Shown: positions 1 to 9,029, counted from the stretch's first letter. The stretch: 64,000 bases of DNA from FCB group bacterium (GCA_013152835.1 JAADFQ010000237.1:138-64137); one strand, 5' to 3'. Numbers and translations: made by a program. The notes: a model not told the origin generated them from the letters alone.

Positions 1-2
1 TG

Positions 3-905
3 GTCTGGCCAGCCCCTCCGGATACAGCAAAAATTCAACTAAGTCAAATACTGGTTTCTCCGTATTTGGAATCATCAACACCGGATTGGTATACCAAATT
101 TATGTCCATGATTCGTGGGAAAACGGAAAGACAATTTGTGCGACCAATGGGCCTGGATGTCCGGGAAAACCGGATTGCTGTAGCTGATCCGGGAGCGGGA
201 GGTGTCTTTGTAATTGATCGCCAAACCAAACAAACGCGATTCATGGCTAATCCTGAAAGTGAAAATGTTCCCATGGATGTAGCTTTCGGTGATCAAAATA
301 TTGCCGTAGTTCTGTCTCCTGAACCGCTAATTGCGATGTATGACCTGGAAGGAAATTGGTTACGAACAATCAACCTGAGCGGTACCGCAAAACGAATTAC
401 GGGCATTACGTTTTGGAGAAACCGGTTCATTATTGTAGACACTCAAGGACATAAAATTATCATTATTCATCCCAATGGAGATATCCTGAATACATTTGGT
501 TTCCGGGGGAAAGACAATGGTGCCTTCAACTTTCCCACCTTTGTAGCAGTTGATGAAAAAGGAACCATTTATATTACCGATACAATGAATTTCCGTGTCC
601 AGAGTCTTTCACAATCCGGTGCATGGAACCGGTCAATCGGGGCACATGGGATTGATGCCGGTCAATTTAACCGTCCCAAGGGTGTGGCGTTGGATGATCA
701 GGGTCGGATTTACATCATCGACAGCAGTTTCGATAATATTCAAATATTCAATCAAGAGGGTCGGTTCCTCATGCATTTCAGTTCCGCGGGCCATACAAAC
801 GGTGCCTTGTTAATGCCTACGGATATCGCCGTATCGGGGCGCGATATTATTGTATCCGATACTATGAACAGAAGAATCCAAATATTCCGGATGCTTTATG
901 AATAA
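3..905 (+). CDS. NHL-repeat beta-propeller protein, 5'-partial (frame open to window edge)
   Basis: There is no stop upstream of the TTG at 66 in this frame, so the gene probably starts before the window. NHL-type blades include FNFPTFVAVDEKGTIYITDTMNFRVQ, FNRPKGVALDDQGRIYIIDSSFDNIQIF and LLMPTDIAVSGRDIIVSDTMNRRIQIF. The stop overlaps the next start (ATGAATAA). Confidence 0.75.
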   Translation, partial: VWPAPPDTAKIQLSQILVSPYLESSTPDWYTKFMSMIRGKTERQFVRPMGLDVRENRIAVADPGAGGVFVIDRQTKQTRFMANPESENVPMDVAFGDQNIAVVLSPEPLIAMYDLEGNWLRTINLSGTAKRITGITFWRNRFIIVDTQGHKIIIIHPNGDILNTFGFRGKDNGAFNFPTFVAVDEKGTIYITDTMNFRVQSLSQSGAWNRSIGAHGIDAGQFNRPKGVALDDQGRIYIIDSSFDNIQIFNQEGRFLMHFSSAGHTNGALLMPTDIAVSGRDIIVSDTMNRRIQIFRMLYE

Positions 906-2559
906 ACAACAAATCATTACCCTTATCCTGACCACTTCTTTCCATCTGTGGGGACAAAGTATAATTTCAGAAACGAAACATAATTTATCGGTAAGCGGAC
1001 CGGGACAGTTAACGGCGACCGGTGAAACTGAAATTTGCATCTTTTGTCATGCAACCCATAACGGGTCCGGTGAAGCACCGCTTTGGAATCGGTCATCCGC
1101 AAGTACAACGTACACGATGTACGGTAGCCCTTCCATGACTGGGAACAGCCAGCAACCGGGAGTTTCATCCCGACTTTGTCTTAGTTGCCACGATGGGACC
1201 GTTGCTCTGGGTTTAGTGTTGAATCGGAGCGACCCCATCGCCTTCCCCCTGGGTATGGATAAAATACCGGCTGGTTACCGAACCAATCTCTCCGACAATT
1301 TAGCCGATGATCATCCTCTGAATCTGGATACTCACCCAACGGGAGAACTTTCCTGTAATGGATGTCATGACCTGCACGGGAACAATGGAATGGTATCGAA
1401 ACCATTGGAGTGTTCCTCCTGCCATGATGCTCATGACAATACGTACGGAAAATTTTTAAAGACCAATCCGATTCAGGGAGGTGTTTGCGCTTTATGTCAT
1501 GATAAGGTGAATTGGACCACGAGTACGCACTCTTCTTCGTCCGCAACCTGGAATGGGACCGGCCCCGATCCCTGGCCTTATTCCGATTGGACCACGGTAG
1601 CCGATAATGCGTGTTATAACTGTCATGTATCCCATGGGAGTGCAAGTCAGTACTGGTTATTAAAATCCAGTGCAGAGGAAGATAATTGCCTTGTATGCCA
1701 TAACGGAAATGTAGGTGTGGATATTCAGTCCGAACTACTTAAATCATCAACGCATCCGGTCGAGGATTATACCGGAATCCATGCGCCGGAAGAGGATCCT
1801 CAAACCATGGTTCCTCACGTGGAATGTACGGATTGTCATAATCCGCACCAGGTTTCAGGAGCCTCGGGAACGGCGCCCAATATTACCGGCGCCGAACAGG
1901 GTCTTCCCGGTATCAATACCTATGGCTCACCGGTAGAGCCTGCGACTAATGAGTATGAGATCTGTTTAAAATGCCATGACACCAATCTGGCAACCATACC
2001 AACCTATGTACCGCGACTGGATAATGCGGGCAGCATCCGCCTGGAATTCGCGGAAACCAATGCTTCGTTCCATCCGGTTTTTGCCCAAGGAAAAAATTCA
2101 GATGTTCCCTCATTGTTAAATCCCTGGACGGAAACGTCAATTATGTATTGTACGGATTGCCACAATAACAATTCCATTTCGGGCGGTGCGCCCAATGGTC
2201 CTCATGGATCAGCTTATGCGCCACTGTTAAAAAAACAAATGACATTTACTGACAATAATTCGGAGAACTCTTCCCTGTATGCTTCCTGTTACGATTGTCA
2301 TGACCGTTCAAAAATTCTCAACAAGACGATGGGTATGAGATTCAAAATACATGATAGACATGTTGTACGGGAGAAAACGGCTTGTACCACCTGCCATGAT
2401 CCCCATGGGTCGGTGAATAACAAACATTTAATTAATTTTAATACGGATTATGTATCGCCCAATCGTGATGGAGAATTACGCTGGGAAGACCGTGGAAACA
2501 ACCGGGGCGCCTGTTATCTGAAATGCCATGGTGAGGATCACCGTCCGAAAAGTTATTAG
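898..2559 (+). CDS. multihaem c-type cytochrome (12 CXXCH + 1 CXXXCH)
   Basis: The N-terminus is hydrophobic (IITLILTTSFHLWG). Haem motifs are CIFCH, CLSCH, CNGCH, CSSCH, CALCH, CYNCH, CLVCH, CTDCH, CLKCH, CTDCH, CYDCH and CTTCH, plus CYLKCH. Frequent CXXCHxxH spacing is typical of Geobacter-type paired-CXXCH cytochromes. Confidence 0.9.
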   Translation: MNKQQIITLILTTSFHLWGQSIISETKHNLSVSGPGQLTATGETEICIFCHATHNGSGEAPLWNRSSASTTYTMYGSPSMTGNSQQPGVSSRLCLSCHDGTVALGLVLNRSDPIAFPLGMDKIPAGYRTNLSDNLADDHPLNLDTHPTGELSCNGCHDLHGNNGMVSKPLECSSCHDAHDNTYGKFLKTNPIQGGVCALCHDKVNWTTSTHSSSSATWNGTGPDPWPYSDWTTVADNACYNCHVSHGSASQYWLLKSSAEEDNCLVCHNGNVGVDIQSELLKSSTHPVEDYTGIHAPEEDPQTMVPHVECTDCHNPHQVSGASGTAPNITGAEQGLPGINTYGSPVEPATNEYEICLKCHDTNLATIPTYVPRLDNAGSIRLEFAETNASFHPVFAQGKNSDVPSLLNPWTETSIMYCTDCHNNNSISGGAPNGPHGSAYAPLLKKQMTFTDNNSENSSLYASCYDCHDRSKILNKTMGMRFKIHDRHVVREKTACTTCHDPHGSVNNKHLINFNTDYVSPNRDGELRWEDRGNNRGACYLKCHGEDHRPKSY

Positions 2560-2568
2560 GAGTCGAAA

Positions 2569-3864
2569 ATGAAACAAACCATACTGCTTTCCATAATTAT
2601 GGCCATTATGATTGTTCCGGGATTTACCCAGGATTGTACGTCCGGCGGATGCCACAACGATATTGCGATTAAAAAGAATATCCACGTTCCGGTGGATGAA
2701 GCCGATTGTTTGACTTGTCATAAACAGAATAAACGGAACCATCCGGGTGGGCGGGGAACTGAGATCGGACTTGTCTCTAAGAATATTGAGTCTATCTGTA
2801 CCACTTGCCACGAGGTAGATACATCGGAAAAGGATCTGCATCCGCCGGTTGCCGATGGATCGTGCACGGTTTGTCATGATCCACACCAGAGCGATCAGAA
2901 CTTTTTACTCAAGGGTAACACGGCGGCCGACGTATGCAGTGACTGTCATGATACCGGTTCCAGGGATAAGGAATTTGTCCATGGCCCGGTTGCCGTCGGC
3001 GCCTGTGATATTTGTCATTCCGGTCACGGCAACCTGAAAAATACATTGTTGAAAAAAGCCGATGTGAACAGTACCTGCTATCAATGTCATGAATTAAAGT
3101 CCGAGGAAATAGCTTCCCTGAGCAATAAACACGCTCCCGTAGAAGAATCGTGTTCCAATTGTCATAATCCCCATGAATCGGATATCAAGTACCAACTGGA
3201 AGAATCGGTGCCGGATTTATGTATGGGTTGTCATAGTGAAATTGAAGAGAAAAACAGCAAGGGGAAATCACATCATCAGGCGTTGGATATGGATGATTCC
3301 TGTTTGAATTGCCATTTACCCCATGGATCGCAATTTGAAAAAAATCTTCGGGAAGAACCCTTTGACCTGTGTATGACTTGTCATAATAAACCCATGAAAT
3401 TAGGAAAAACAACCATTCCTAATATGAAATCGTTTTTGAAAAAAAATCCTGATTGGCACGGACCAATACGGGAAAAGAATTGTGCCGGTTGTCATGATCC
3501 TCATGGAACGGATAATATCCGGTTATTAAAGTTTTATTATCCGGAAAAATTTTATTCAAAGTTCAATATCGACCAATATCAACTTTGTTTTCAATGTCAT
3601 CCTTCGGAAAATGTTTTGGATCAGAATACGATTAAATTGACCAATTTTCGTGATGGTGACCGTAACCTCCATTACTTACATGTGAATCGGGAGAAGGGCC
3701 GGACCTGCCGTGCCTGTCACCAAACTCATGCATCCACCAAACCATTTCATATTCGGGAAGCGGTTCCCTTCGGTGAATGGCAATTACCTATCAATTATAC
3801 GCCGAAGGAAGACGGTGGGAGTTGTCAGCCGGGATGTCATAAACTGCAAGAGTATACCCGCTAA
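2569..3864 (+). CDS. multihaem c-type cytochrome (13 CXXCH + CX4CH + CX3CH)
   Basis: Signal peptide MKQTILLSIIMAIMIVPGFTQ. CTSGGCH is followed by CLTCH, CTTCH, CTVCH, CSDCH, CDICH, CYQCH, CSNCH, CMGCH, CLNCH, CMTCH, CAGCH, CFQCH and CRACH, with a terminal CQPGCH. Units of the form CxxCHxPHxS...LL recur (c7/c3-like repeats). Confidence 0.9.
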   Translation: MKQTILLSIIMAIMIVPGFTQDCTSGGCHNDIAIKKNIHVPVDEADCLTCHKQNKRNHPGGRGTEIGLVSKNIESICTTCHEVDTSEKDLHPPVADGSCTVCHDPHQSDQNFLLKGNTAADVCSDCHDTGSRDKEFVHGPVAVGACDICHSGHGNLKNTLLKKADVNSTCYQCHELKSEEIASLSNKHAPVEESCSNCHNPHESDIKYQLEESVPDLCMGCHSEIEEKNSKGKSHHQALDMDDSCLNCHLPHGSQFEKNLREEPFDLCMTCHNKPMKLGKTTIPNMKSFLKKNPDWHGPIREKNCAGCHDPHGTDNIRLLKFYYPEKFYSKFNIDQYQLCFQCHPSENVLDQNTIKLTNFRDGDRNLHYLHVNREKGRTCRACHQTHASTKPFHIREAVPFGEWQLPINYTPKEDGGSCQPGCHKLQEYTR

Positions 3865-3870
3865 AATGAT

Positions 3871-4947
3871 ATGATGCCCTGTCCGAAATATTTGCGGTTT
3901 ATCCAAACACCGCATCAACTGTTCGGGATGTCGTTTCCGGGCAATGGAAATCGGAACCGCAGGCCTTACCCACGGAGTTCCATCGCTGGAATCTGGATAC
4001 TCAGTTTGTTACTCACCGGATTGTGTTCAGCCCAACCGGAAACGGAACGTTCCAAGGCCGGTCGCCGATGGTTATTGGGAGACCAGCTCCCCGATTCAAC
4101 CTGGGCGGTTGTTACAGATCAACTGGATTCCACGTCGGAAGATACCTTGGTATTGGTCATTTTTACGCGGCAAAATCATCCGTATTCATTCAGCTTTATG
4201 GAGGCTCTGGGTAAATTTCTCCCCTCGCCGGTGAAAAAACGTTTATCGATAGTGGAAGTCATCACTCCGAGTCGGGGTACTGTTTTGAATTCACAATTGT
4301 CTCATGAATTTCCGTTGATTGATGATACGTCGCATATACTTTACGATCAATTCGGTGTTCGCGTTTTCCCAACTTTATTTGTGGTATCGCCGAAAGGCAA
4401 ATTATTGCATTATCTACCAGGATTTACACCGACGCTAAAAACCCATCTATCGGAAATATTGGCGCCATATTTTCCTGATGACCTTAGTCAACCTATATCT
4501 GTGCATTATACTAAAAGCGATAAAAAACGGATACGGAAAGAGGATTTGGCACGGAAACTTTATTTTTCAGCTCGCTATGATCTGGCGCGGTTTCAACTCG
4601 AGACATTGGATTCGCTTACTTCCGATGGTATCATTCTATTGGGAATGACTTATCTCAAACTCGAGTCCTGGAATCAGGCGGATTCGGTCTTTCGATCCCT
4701 GCCGGATCAGGCTCCCTACATCGGGTATCGGAATCTAGGTCGTGGATTGGTGGCTTATCGTCTGGGAGCTTTTGATCAGGCCTGGGATTTCTTATCGGCC
4801 ATCGGAAGTTTGCCGGAGATGTACCGGGTTCATTATTGGCGGGGAATTGTGGCGCAATCGCTGCACCGGGATTCAGTCGCCGTTGAAGAATATAAAAAGA
4901 GCGCCCAACAGGCTGCAGGAAAACAAGCTCAACAATTATTACCTTAA
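3871..4947 (+). CDS. secreted thioredoxin-fold-like / TPR protein (no CXXC)
   Basis: Signal-like segment IAGIWILSLLLTGLCSAQ; an alternative start is M20 at 3928. The TlpA/redoxin-like stretch VLVIFTRQNHPYSFSFMEAL...FPTLFVVSPKGKLL lacks the redox CXXC. The C-terminal half is TPR-like (LGMTYLKLESWNQADSVF..., YRNLGRGLVAYRLGAFDQAW...). Confidence 0.5.
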   Translation: MMPCPKYLRFIQTPHQLFGMSFPGNGNRNRRPYPRSSIAGIWILSLLLTGLCSAQPETERSKAGRRWLLGDQLPDSTWAVVTDQLDSTSEDTLVLVIFTRQNHPYSFSFMEALGKFLPSPVKKRLSIVEVITPSRGTVLNSQLSHEFPLIDDTSHILYDQFGVRVFPTLFVVSPKGKLLHYLPGFTPTLKTHLSEILAPYFPDDLSQPISVHYTKSDKKRIRKEDLARKLYFSARYDLARFQLETLDSLTSDGIILLGMTYLKLESWNQADSVFRSLPDQAPYIGYRNLGRGLVAYRLGAFDQAWDFLSAIGSLPEMYRVHYWRGIVAQSLHRDSVAVEEYKKSAQQAAGKQAQQLLP

Positions 4948-4958
4948 GGTGAATTAAG

Positions 4959-6452
4959 ATGAAATTTCGTTCATTTAAAAATATGACCTGGCGCAGCAGG
5001 ATGATCATTGTGGCCCTGACCATCCTTTTTATTTTTGGGAGTGTGGCCACGGTCATGATCAACCAGGTACGGGAAAAACATTTCCATCAATATATGGTTG
5101 AATTGGTTCGCCCGATGGAAACCCTGATTCATAATAATATTATTCATAACATGGAGAACCATCAACCAAACCATTTTCAAAGTATTTTGGAGGGTTTATC
5201 CACCAACGACAAAATTCGATGGGTCCGGGTTTTGGACCGGGATTTTCGCGTCGTGTTCGCTGATGATTCTTCCATGGTGGGAGAGGTCGCATCGATCCCC
5301 ACGTTATACCAACCTAAACTGGCACGTGCGAATCTGGTTGCCTATACTATCGAAGATTCAGTTCCAATTCTTAGAATCGTATCAAAGATACTGAATGAAC
5401 CATCCTGTCAACCCTGCCACGGCAGTACTGCCCCCGTAAATGGATACATCGAAATCGGTATGAATGATTCCCCTGAAGTCAAAGTCGAAACGATGATGCT
5501 GCGCTATGATTTTATATCATTCTTCCTATTTATTACCGTGTTATCGGTCATATTAGGAATAGTGCATAATCGGACCTTCCAAAAACCTCTCACGGAACTG
5601 AAGGCGAGTATCCAACAGATTGAATCAGGTGATTTTTCGACCCGGGTAAAACTGGATACACCGGGTGAATTACGCGGCCTGGCGGAAACAATATCTCGAA
5701 TGACCGAGCAGTTGGAGAAATCAAAACATGAGGTGGATAAGCTTCACCAAAACCAGATTGAACGTGCAGGTCAATTGGCCAGTGTAGGCGAACTGGCTGC
5801 CAGTGTGGCTCACGAAATTAAAAATCCAATCGCGGGAATCCGGAATGCATTAGAAATTCTTTTGGACCGGGATTACCGCCTGCGCAAAGACCCCATATAT
5901 AAGGAAATGTTATTTCAAATTAACCGGGTTACAAAAACAATCAATGATCTGATGGACTATGCGAAACCGCGCGAACCCCATTTTCAGGAAGTGGAGTTAC
6001 ATTCGATTTTGGAACAGGTGATTGCCTTGCAACGTCCCAAAATAGCCAGTGAACAAATTCAATTAACGGTAGCGTTGGCTTCCTCTCACTCCGTGGTAAA
6101 TGGCGATATTGATTTATTGAAACAAATATTTGCCAATCTGATATTGAACGCTTACCAGGCGACTGAGAAGGGGAAAGGAGATCGCATATCCATAACTACG
6201 GAATATTTACCCGGGAAAAAGCGTATCAGAATCTCCGTGAAAAATACCGGGAGCTGGATTCCTAAGGATTTGATGGATCTCATTTTTAAACCTTTTTATA
6301 CTACCAAACATAAAGGCACCGGGCTGGGGTTGTCGCTGACAAAATCCTTTGTTGAGAAACACGGCGGTACAATTACGGTGAACAGTTCTCCGGAACATTG
6401 GACCGAGTTTCTGGTTGAGTTGCCTGTTCAAACAAAAGGGGGTGTGTCATGA
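4959..6452 (+). CDS. sensor histidine kinase with periplasmic CXXCH (haem c) motif
   Basis: Two TM segments (aa ~15-35 and ~185-205) flank a ~150-aa loop containing CQPCH (nt 5406-5420). A HAMP-like linker follows, then the HisKA H-box SVAHEIKNPIAGI and an HATPase_c domain (TKHKGTGLGLSL). Confidence 0.85.
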   Translation: MKFRSFKNMTWRSRMIIVALTILFIFGSVATVMINQVREKHFHQYMVELVRPMETLIHNNIIHNMENHQPNHFQSILEGLSTNDKIRWVRVLDRDFRVVFADDSSMVGEVASIPTLYQPKLARANLVAYTIEDSVPILRIVSKILNEPSCQPCHGSTAPVNGYIEIGMNDSPEVKVETMMLRYDFISFFLFITVLSVILGIVHNRTFQKPLTELKASIQQIESGDFSTRVKLDTPGELRGLAETISRMTEQLEKSKHEVDKLHQNQIERAGQLASVGELAASVAHEIKNPIAGIRNALEILLDRDYRLRKDPIYKEMLFQINRVTKTINDLMDYAKPREPHFQEVELHSILEQVIALQRPKIASEQIQLTVALASSHSVVNGDIDLLKQIFANLILNAYQATEKGKGDRISITTEYLPGKKRIRISVKNTGSWIPKDLMDLIFKPFYTTKHKGTGLGLSLTKSFVEKHGGTITVNSSPEHWTEFLVELPVQTKGGVS

Positions 6453-7834
6453 CCAATGCAAGAGCGCTGATAATCGAAGATGAAAAACTGGTTGCCTGGT
6501 CATTATCCGAACATCTGAAAAAGATGGGATTTGTTACAACAATGTTGGAATACGGAAAACCGGGGATTGAACAGGCATTGAAGGATCCCCCGGATGTGAT
6601 CTTTATGGATTATCGTCTTCCCGATACTAATGGAATTGAGATTTTACGCCAGTTACAGCCTATTCGGGATGAATCGATCTTTTTCTTTATGACGGCCTAT
6701 GGTACGGAAGAAGTCTCCATCGAAGCGCTTAAACTGGGTGCCCGGGAATACCTGAACAAACCGGTGAATTTTGATGAAATCACGGTAATGGTCAGCCGGG
6801 CAATGAAGGAAAAAGAAAAATCCAAAGAAATATCGATCCTCAAACAACAGGAAGAACAACGCTATCAGTTGGGCAACTACATCAGTCAATCCAAGAAAAT
6901 GCGTGATGTCATGGAAACCGCCCAGAAATTGGTTCAAACGGATACGGGAACGATTCTGTTGTTAGGCGAAACCGGAACCGGAAAAGATACTCTCGCCAGG
7001 GTTCTCCATGAGCAAGGTCCCCGGAAACATAAACCGTTTATTATTGTAAATTGTGCTTCATTATCGGAAAACCTGTTGGAAAGCGAATTGTTCGGATACG
7101 AAAAAGGTGCCTTTACCGATGCGAAAACCCGAAAACAGGGACAGGTGGAATTCGCCAACGGGGGTACCATCCTGTTGGACGAAATTGGTGAAATACCGAT
7201 CGGATTCCAGGCCAAACTTTTACGATTTATCGAGACACAATCATTTTATCGTGTAGGAGGGACAAGGGAATTGAAAGTGAATGTCCGGATTATTGCCTCC
7301 ACGAACCGGGACCTGGAACAGGAAATTACCGAGGGTAATTTCAGGGAAGATCTGTATTATCGTCTGAATGTTATTACTTTGGTTTTACCTCCCCTGAGGA
7401 AACGTAAAGAGGATATTCCGCTTTTGGTGAATCGATTTATTGATTTATTCAATGCGGAGTTCGGTCGCTCTGTGAAGGGTATTTCGAAACCGGCGCTGGA
7501 TTTGATTTCCGGGTATTCCTGGCCTGGTAATGTGCGTGAATTAAAAAATGCATTGGAGCGAATATTCTTACTCGAACATGCGAATATTATCGAACCCTGG
7601 CATTTACCCGCTCATATCCAATCCTCTTCAAGAACTGACGGGATGGAGGTTCACCCGGAGGCGACCGGAGGAATGAAAACGGTTTTTGACGGAAAAAGTT
7701 GGGATGATATGGAATCCATGATTGTTCAATGGGCTTTAAAGGAAGAAAAGGGTAATCAGGTCCATGCTGCCAAGCGGCTGAAAATATCCCGGGACCAAAT
7801 CCGTTATAAAATGAAAAAGCACGGGCTCTTGTAA
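6449..7834 (+). CDS. sigma-54-dependent response regulator (NtrC family)
   Basis: The ATGA start overlaps the kinase stop. REC domain with acceptor Asp context VIFMDYRLPD. AAA+ domain with GETGTGKDTLA, a GAFTDA variant of the GAFTGA loop and ESELFGYEKGAFT. C-terminal Fis-type HTH (AAKRLKISRDQIRYKMKKHGL). Confidence 0.9.
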   Translation: MTNARALIIEDEKLVAWSLSEHLKKMGFVTTMLEYGKPGIEQALKDPPDVIFMDYRLPDTNGIEILRQLQPIRDESIFFFMTAYGTEEVSIEALKLGAREYLNKPVNFDEITVMVSRAMKEKEKSKEISILKQQEEQRYQLGNYISQSKKMRDVMETAQKLVQTDTGTILLLGETGTGKDTLARVLHEQGPRKHKPFIIVNCASLSENLLESELFGYEKGAFTDAKTRKQGQVEFANGGTILLDEIGEIPIGFQAKLLRFIETQSFYRVGGTRELKVNVRIIASTNRDLEQEITEGNFREDLYYRLNVITLVLPPLRKRKEDIPLLVNRFIDLFNAEFGRSVKGISKPALDLISGYSWPGNVRELKNALERIFLLEHANIIEPWHLPAHIQSSSRTDGMEVHPEATGGMKTVFDGKSWDDMESMIVQWALKEEKGNQVHAAKRLKISRDQIRYKMKKHGLL

Positions 7835-7866
7835 GAAAACTCACCTGGATGAGGATTATTGCGCAC

Positions 7867-7904
7867 TTCGCTGTGGAATATTCCCTTCGCTGTGGAATAT
7901 TCCC
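7867..7904. promoter_or_regulatory. tandem 2 x 19-bp direct repeat, each with a 10-bp palindrome (candidate enhancer/UAS)
   Basis: TTCGCTGTGGAATATTCCC occurs twice back to back (7867-7885 and 7886-7904). Each copy contains the perfect palindrome GGAATATTCC (7875-7884 and 7894-7903). The element lies about 130-170 bp upstream of the -24/-12 element at 8036. Confidence 0.5.
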
Positions 7905-8035
7905 CAGTTTTTCCAAATGTTTGCGGGTTGTTCTTTTTTGATTCCCCGTGGAAAAGGGAGATAAACTACCATGCCACCGTCGAAGCAGGTCTGGATTTTT
8001 GATTTAAATCACAAATGAAAGCGCAATCAGTGTTC

Positions 8036-8051
8036 TGGCACGGAGTTTGAT
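8036..8051 (+). promoter_or_regulatory. sigma-54 (-24/-12) promoter candidate
   Basis: TGGCAC-GGAGT-TTGAT matches TGGCAC-N5-TTGCW except at the final GC. It lies ~58 nt upstream of the tetrahaem cytochrome ATG and directly downstream of a sigma-54 activator gene. Confidence 0.6.
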
Positions 8052-8108
8052 CTAATAGGGGTGAATGTTTATTGAACTCAGATAGAATTGAATAGAAAGG
8101 ACAAAACA

Positions 8109-8729
8109 ATGCGTACCTTAAAAGTTATAACCACCAGCCTGATCATGTTGGGAGCTCTTTCCGCGCAGACAATTGCCGGTTCCGATCACGATTTCAGTAA
8201 CAAAAGCTGGAATAACACCGGTGAAATCTGTGCCGTTTGTCATACACCTCATAATGCTGAAACTGGAGTGAATGGTGCCCCTCTCTGGAATCACCAGGTG
8301 ACGACCAGTAATTTTACAACTTATACATCTTCAACACTAGATGCGACTACTGTTGGTCAACCGGACGGCGCTTCAAAACTTTGCTTATCCTGTCATGACG
8401 GTACAGTGGCTTTGGATAACTTCAGCGGAAAAACCAATGGTACTGAATTTTTAACAGGTAACAAGAATTTCGGAACCGATCTAAGTAATGATCATCCGAT
8501 TTCATTTACGTATGATGCGACTCTTGCCAGTACTGATGGGGAATTAAATGACCCAACAACAGAAAACAGTGGATTGGGTGGAACCATCACTGCTGACTTG
8601 CTTATCGGTGGGAAAATGGAATGCGCTTCCTGCCATGACGTCCACAATACGGTGGCTGTGAGTGGAACCAAGCTTTTGGTAATATCCAATAACAATAGTG
8701 CTCTCTGCCTGACCTGCCACGCGAAATAA
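8109..8729 (+). CDS. secreted tetrahaem c-type cytochrome
   Basis: ATG at 8109 preceded by AAGGA (the ORF track starts at the upstream TTG at 8088). Signal peptide MRTLKVITTSLIMLGALSAQTIAG. Haem motifs CAVCH, CLSCH, CASCH and CLTCH; 9 His in total. The protein ends ...CLTCHAK. Confidence 0.85.
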   Translation: MRTLKVITTSLIMLGALSAQTIAGSDHDFSNKSWNNTGEICAVCHTPHNAETGVNGAPLWNHQVTTSNFTTYTSSTLDATTVGQPDGASKLCLSCHDGTVALDNFSGKTNGTEFLTGNKNFGTDLSNDHPISFTYDATLASTDGELNDPTTENSGLGGTITADLLIGGKMECASCHDVHNTVAVSGTKLLVISNNNSALCLTCHAK

Positions 8730-8750
8730 CTGATCATTTATAGTTGTTTA

Positions 8751-8789
8751 AAGCCCTCGTTCTCATCTGGGAGCGGGGGCTTTTGTTTT
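8751..8789 (+). terminator. rho-independent terminator
   Basis: AAGCCCTCG (8751-8759) pairs with CGGGGGCTT (8774-8782) with one G-U pair, followed by TTTTGTTTT. Confidence 0.7.
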
Positions 8790-9029
8790 ATCCCGATGTG
8801 AAGACAATCCTAACGTAAGGGTCGGAACTGAAACCTTTTCATTCCGTGAACAGGATGTTACCCAAAAAGAGGTTAATTACCGGGTACTACATGATTTTCC
8901 TCCCGGTTATCCATATTATTATCTAATATTCATCAGAATATTTACCGGGGGAATTTAAATTCAGCCGATGAATTCATTAGCGTCCACGTATCCTGAATAC
9001 CCGAAACGACCCACTTTCTGAGTAGACCT

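Noticed and set aside
1181-1645. 154-aa ORF on the minus strand
   Set aside because: It is embedded antisense within the 12-haem cytochrome gene, whose CXXCH periodicity fixes the real frame.
2476-2886. 136-aa ORF on the minus strand
   Set aside because: It spans the junction of the two cytochrome genes in antisense, so it cannot coexist with the two strongly supported plus-strand genes.
4655-5062. 135-aa ORF on the minus strand
   Set aside because: It spans the junction of the TPR-protein and kinase genes in antisense, so it cannot coexist with those two supported plus-strand genes.
7867-7904. Considered whether the 2 x 19-bp repeat could be a minimal CRISPR array or a mobile-element end
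   Set aside because: There are only two copies, directly abutting with no spacer, and no cas or transposase genes nearby. The position fits a sigma-54 enhancer instead.
7587-7916. 109-aa minus-strand ORF covering the 3' end of the response-regulator gene and the tandem repeat
   Set aside because: It overlaps a confident gene in antisense. The intergenic part is better explained as an enhancer-like repeat.
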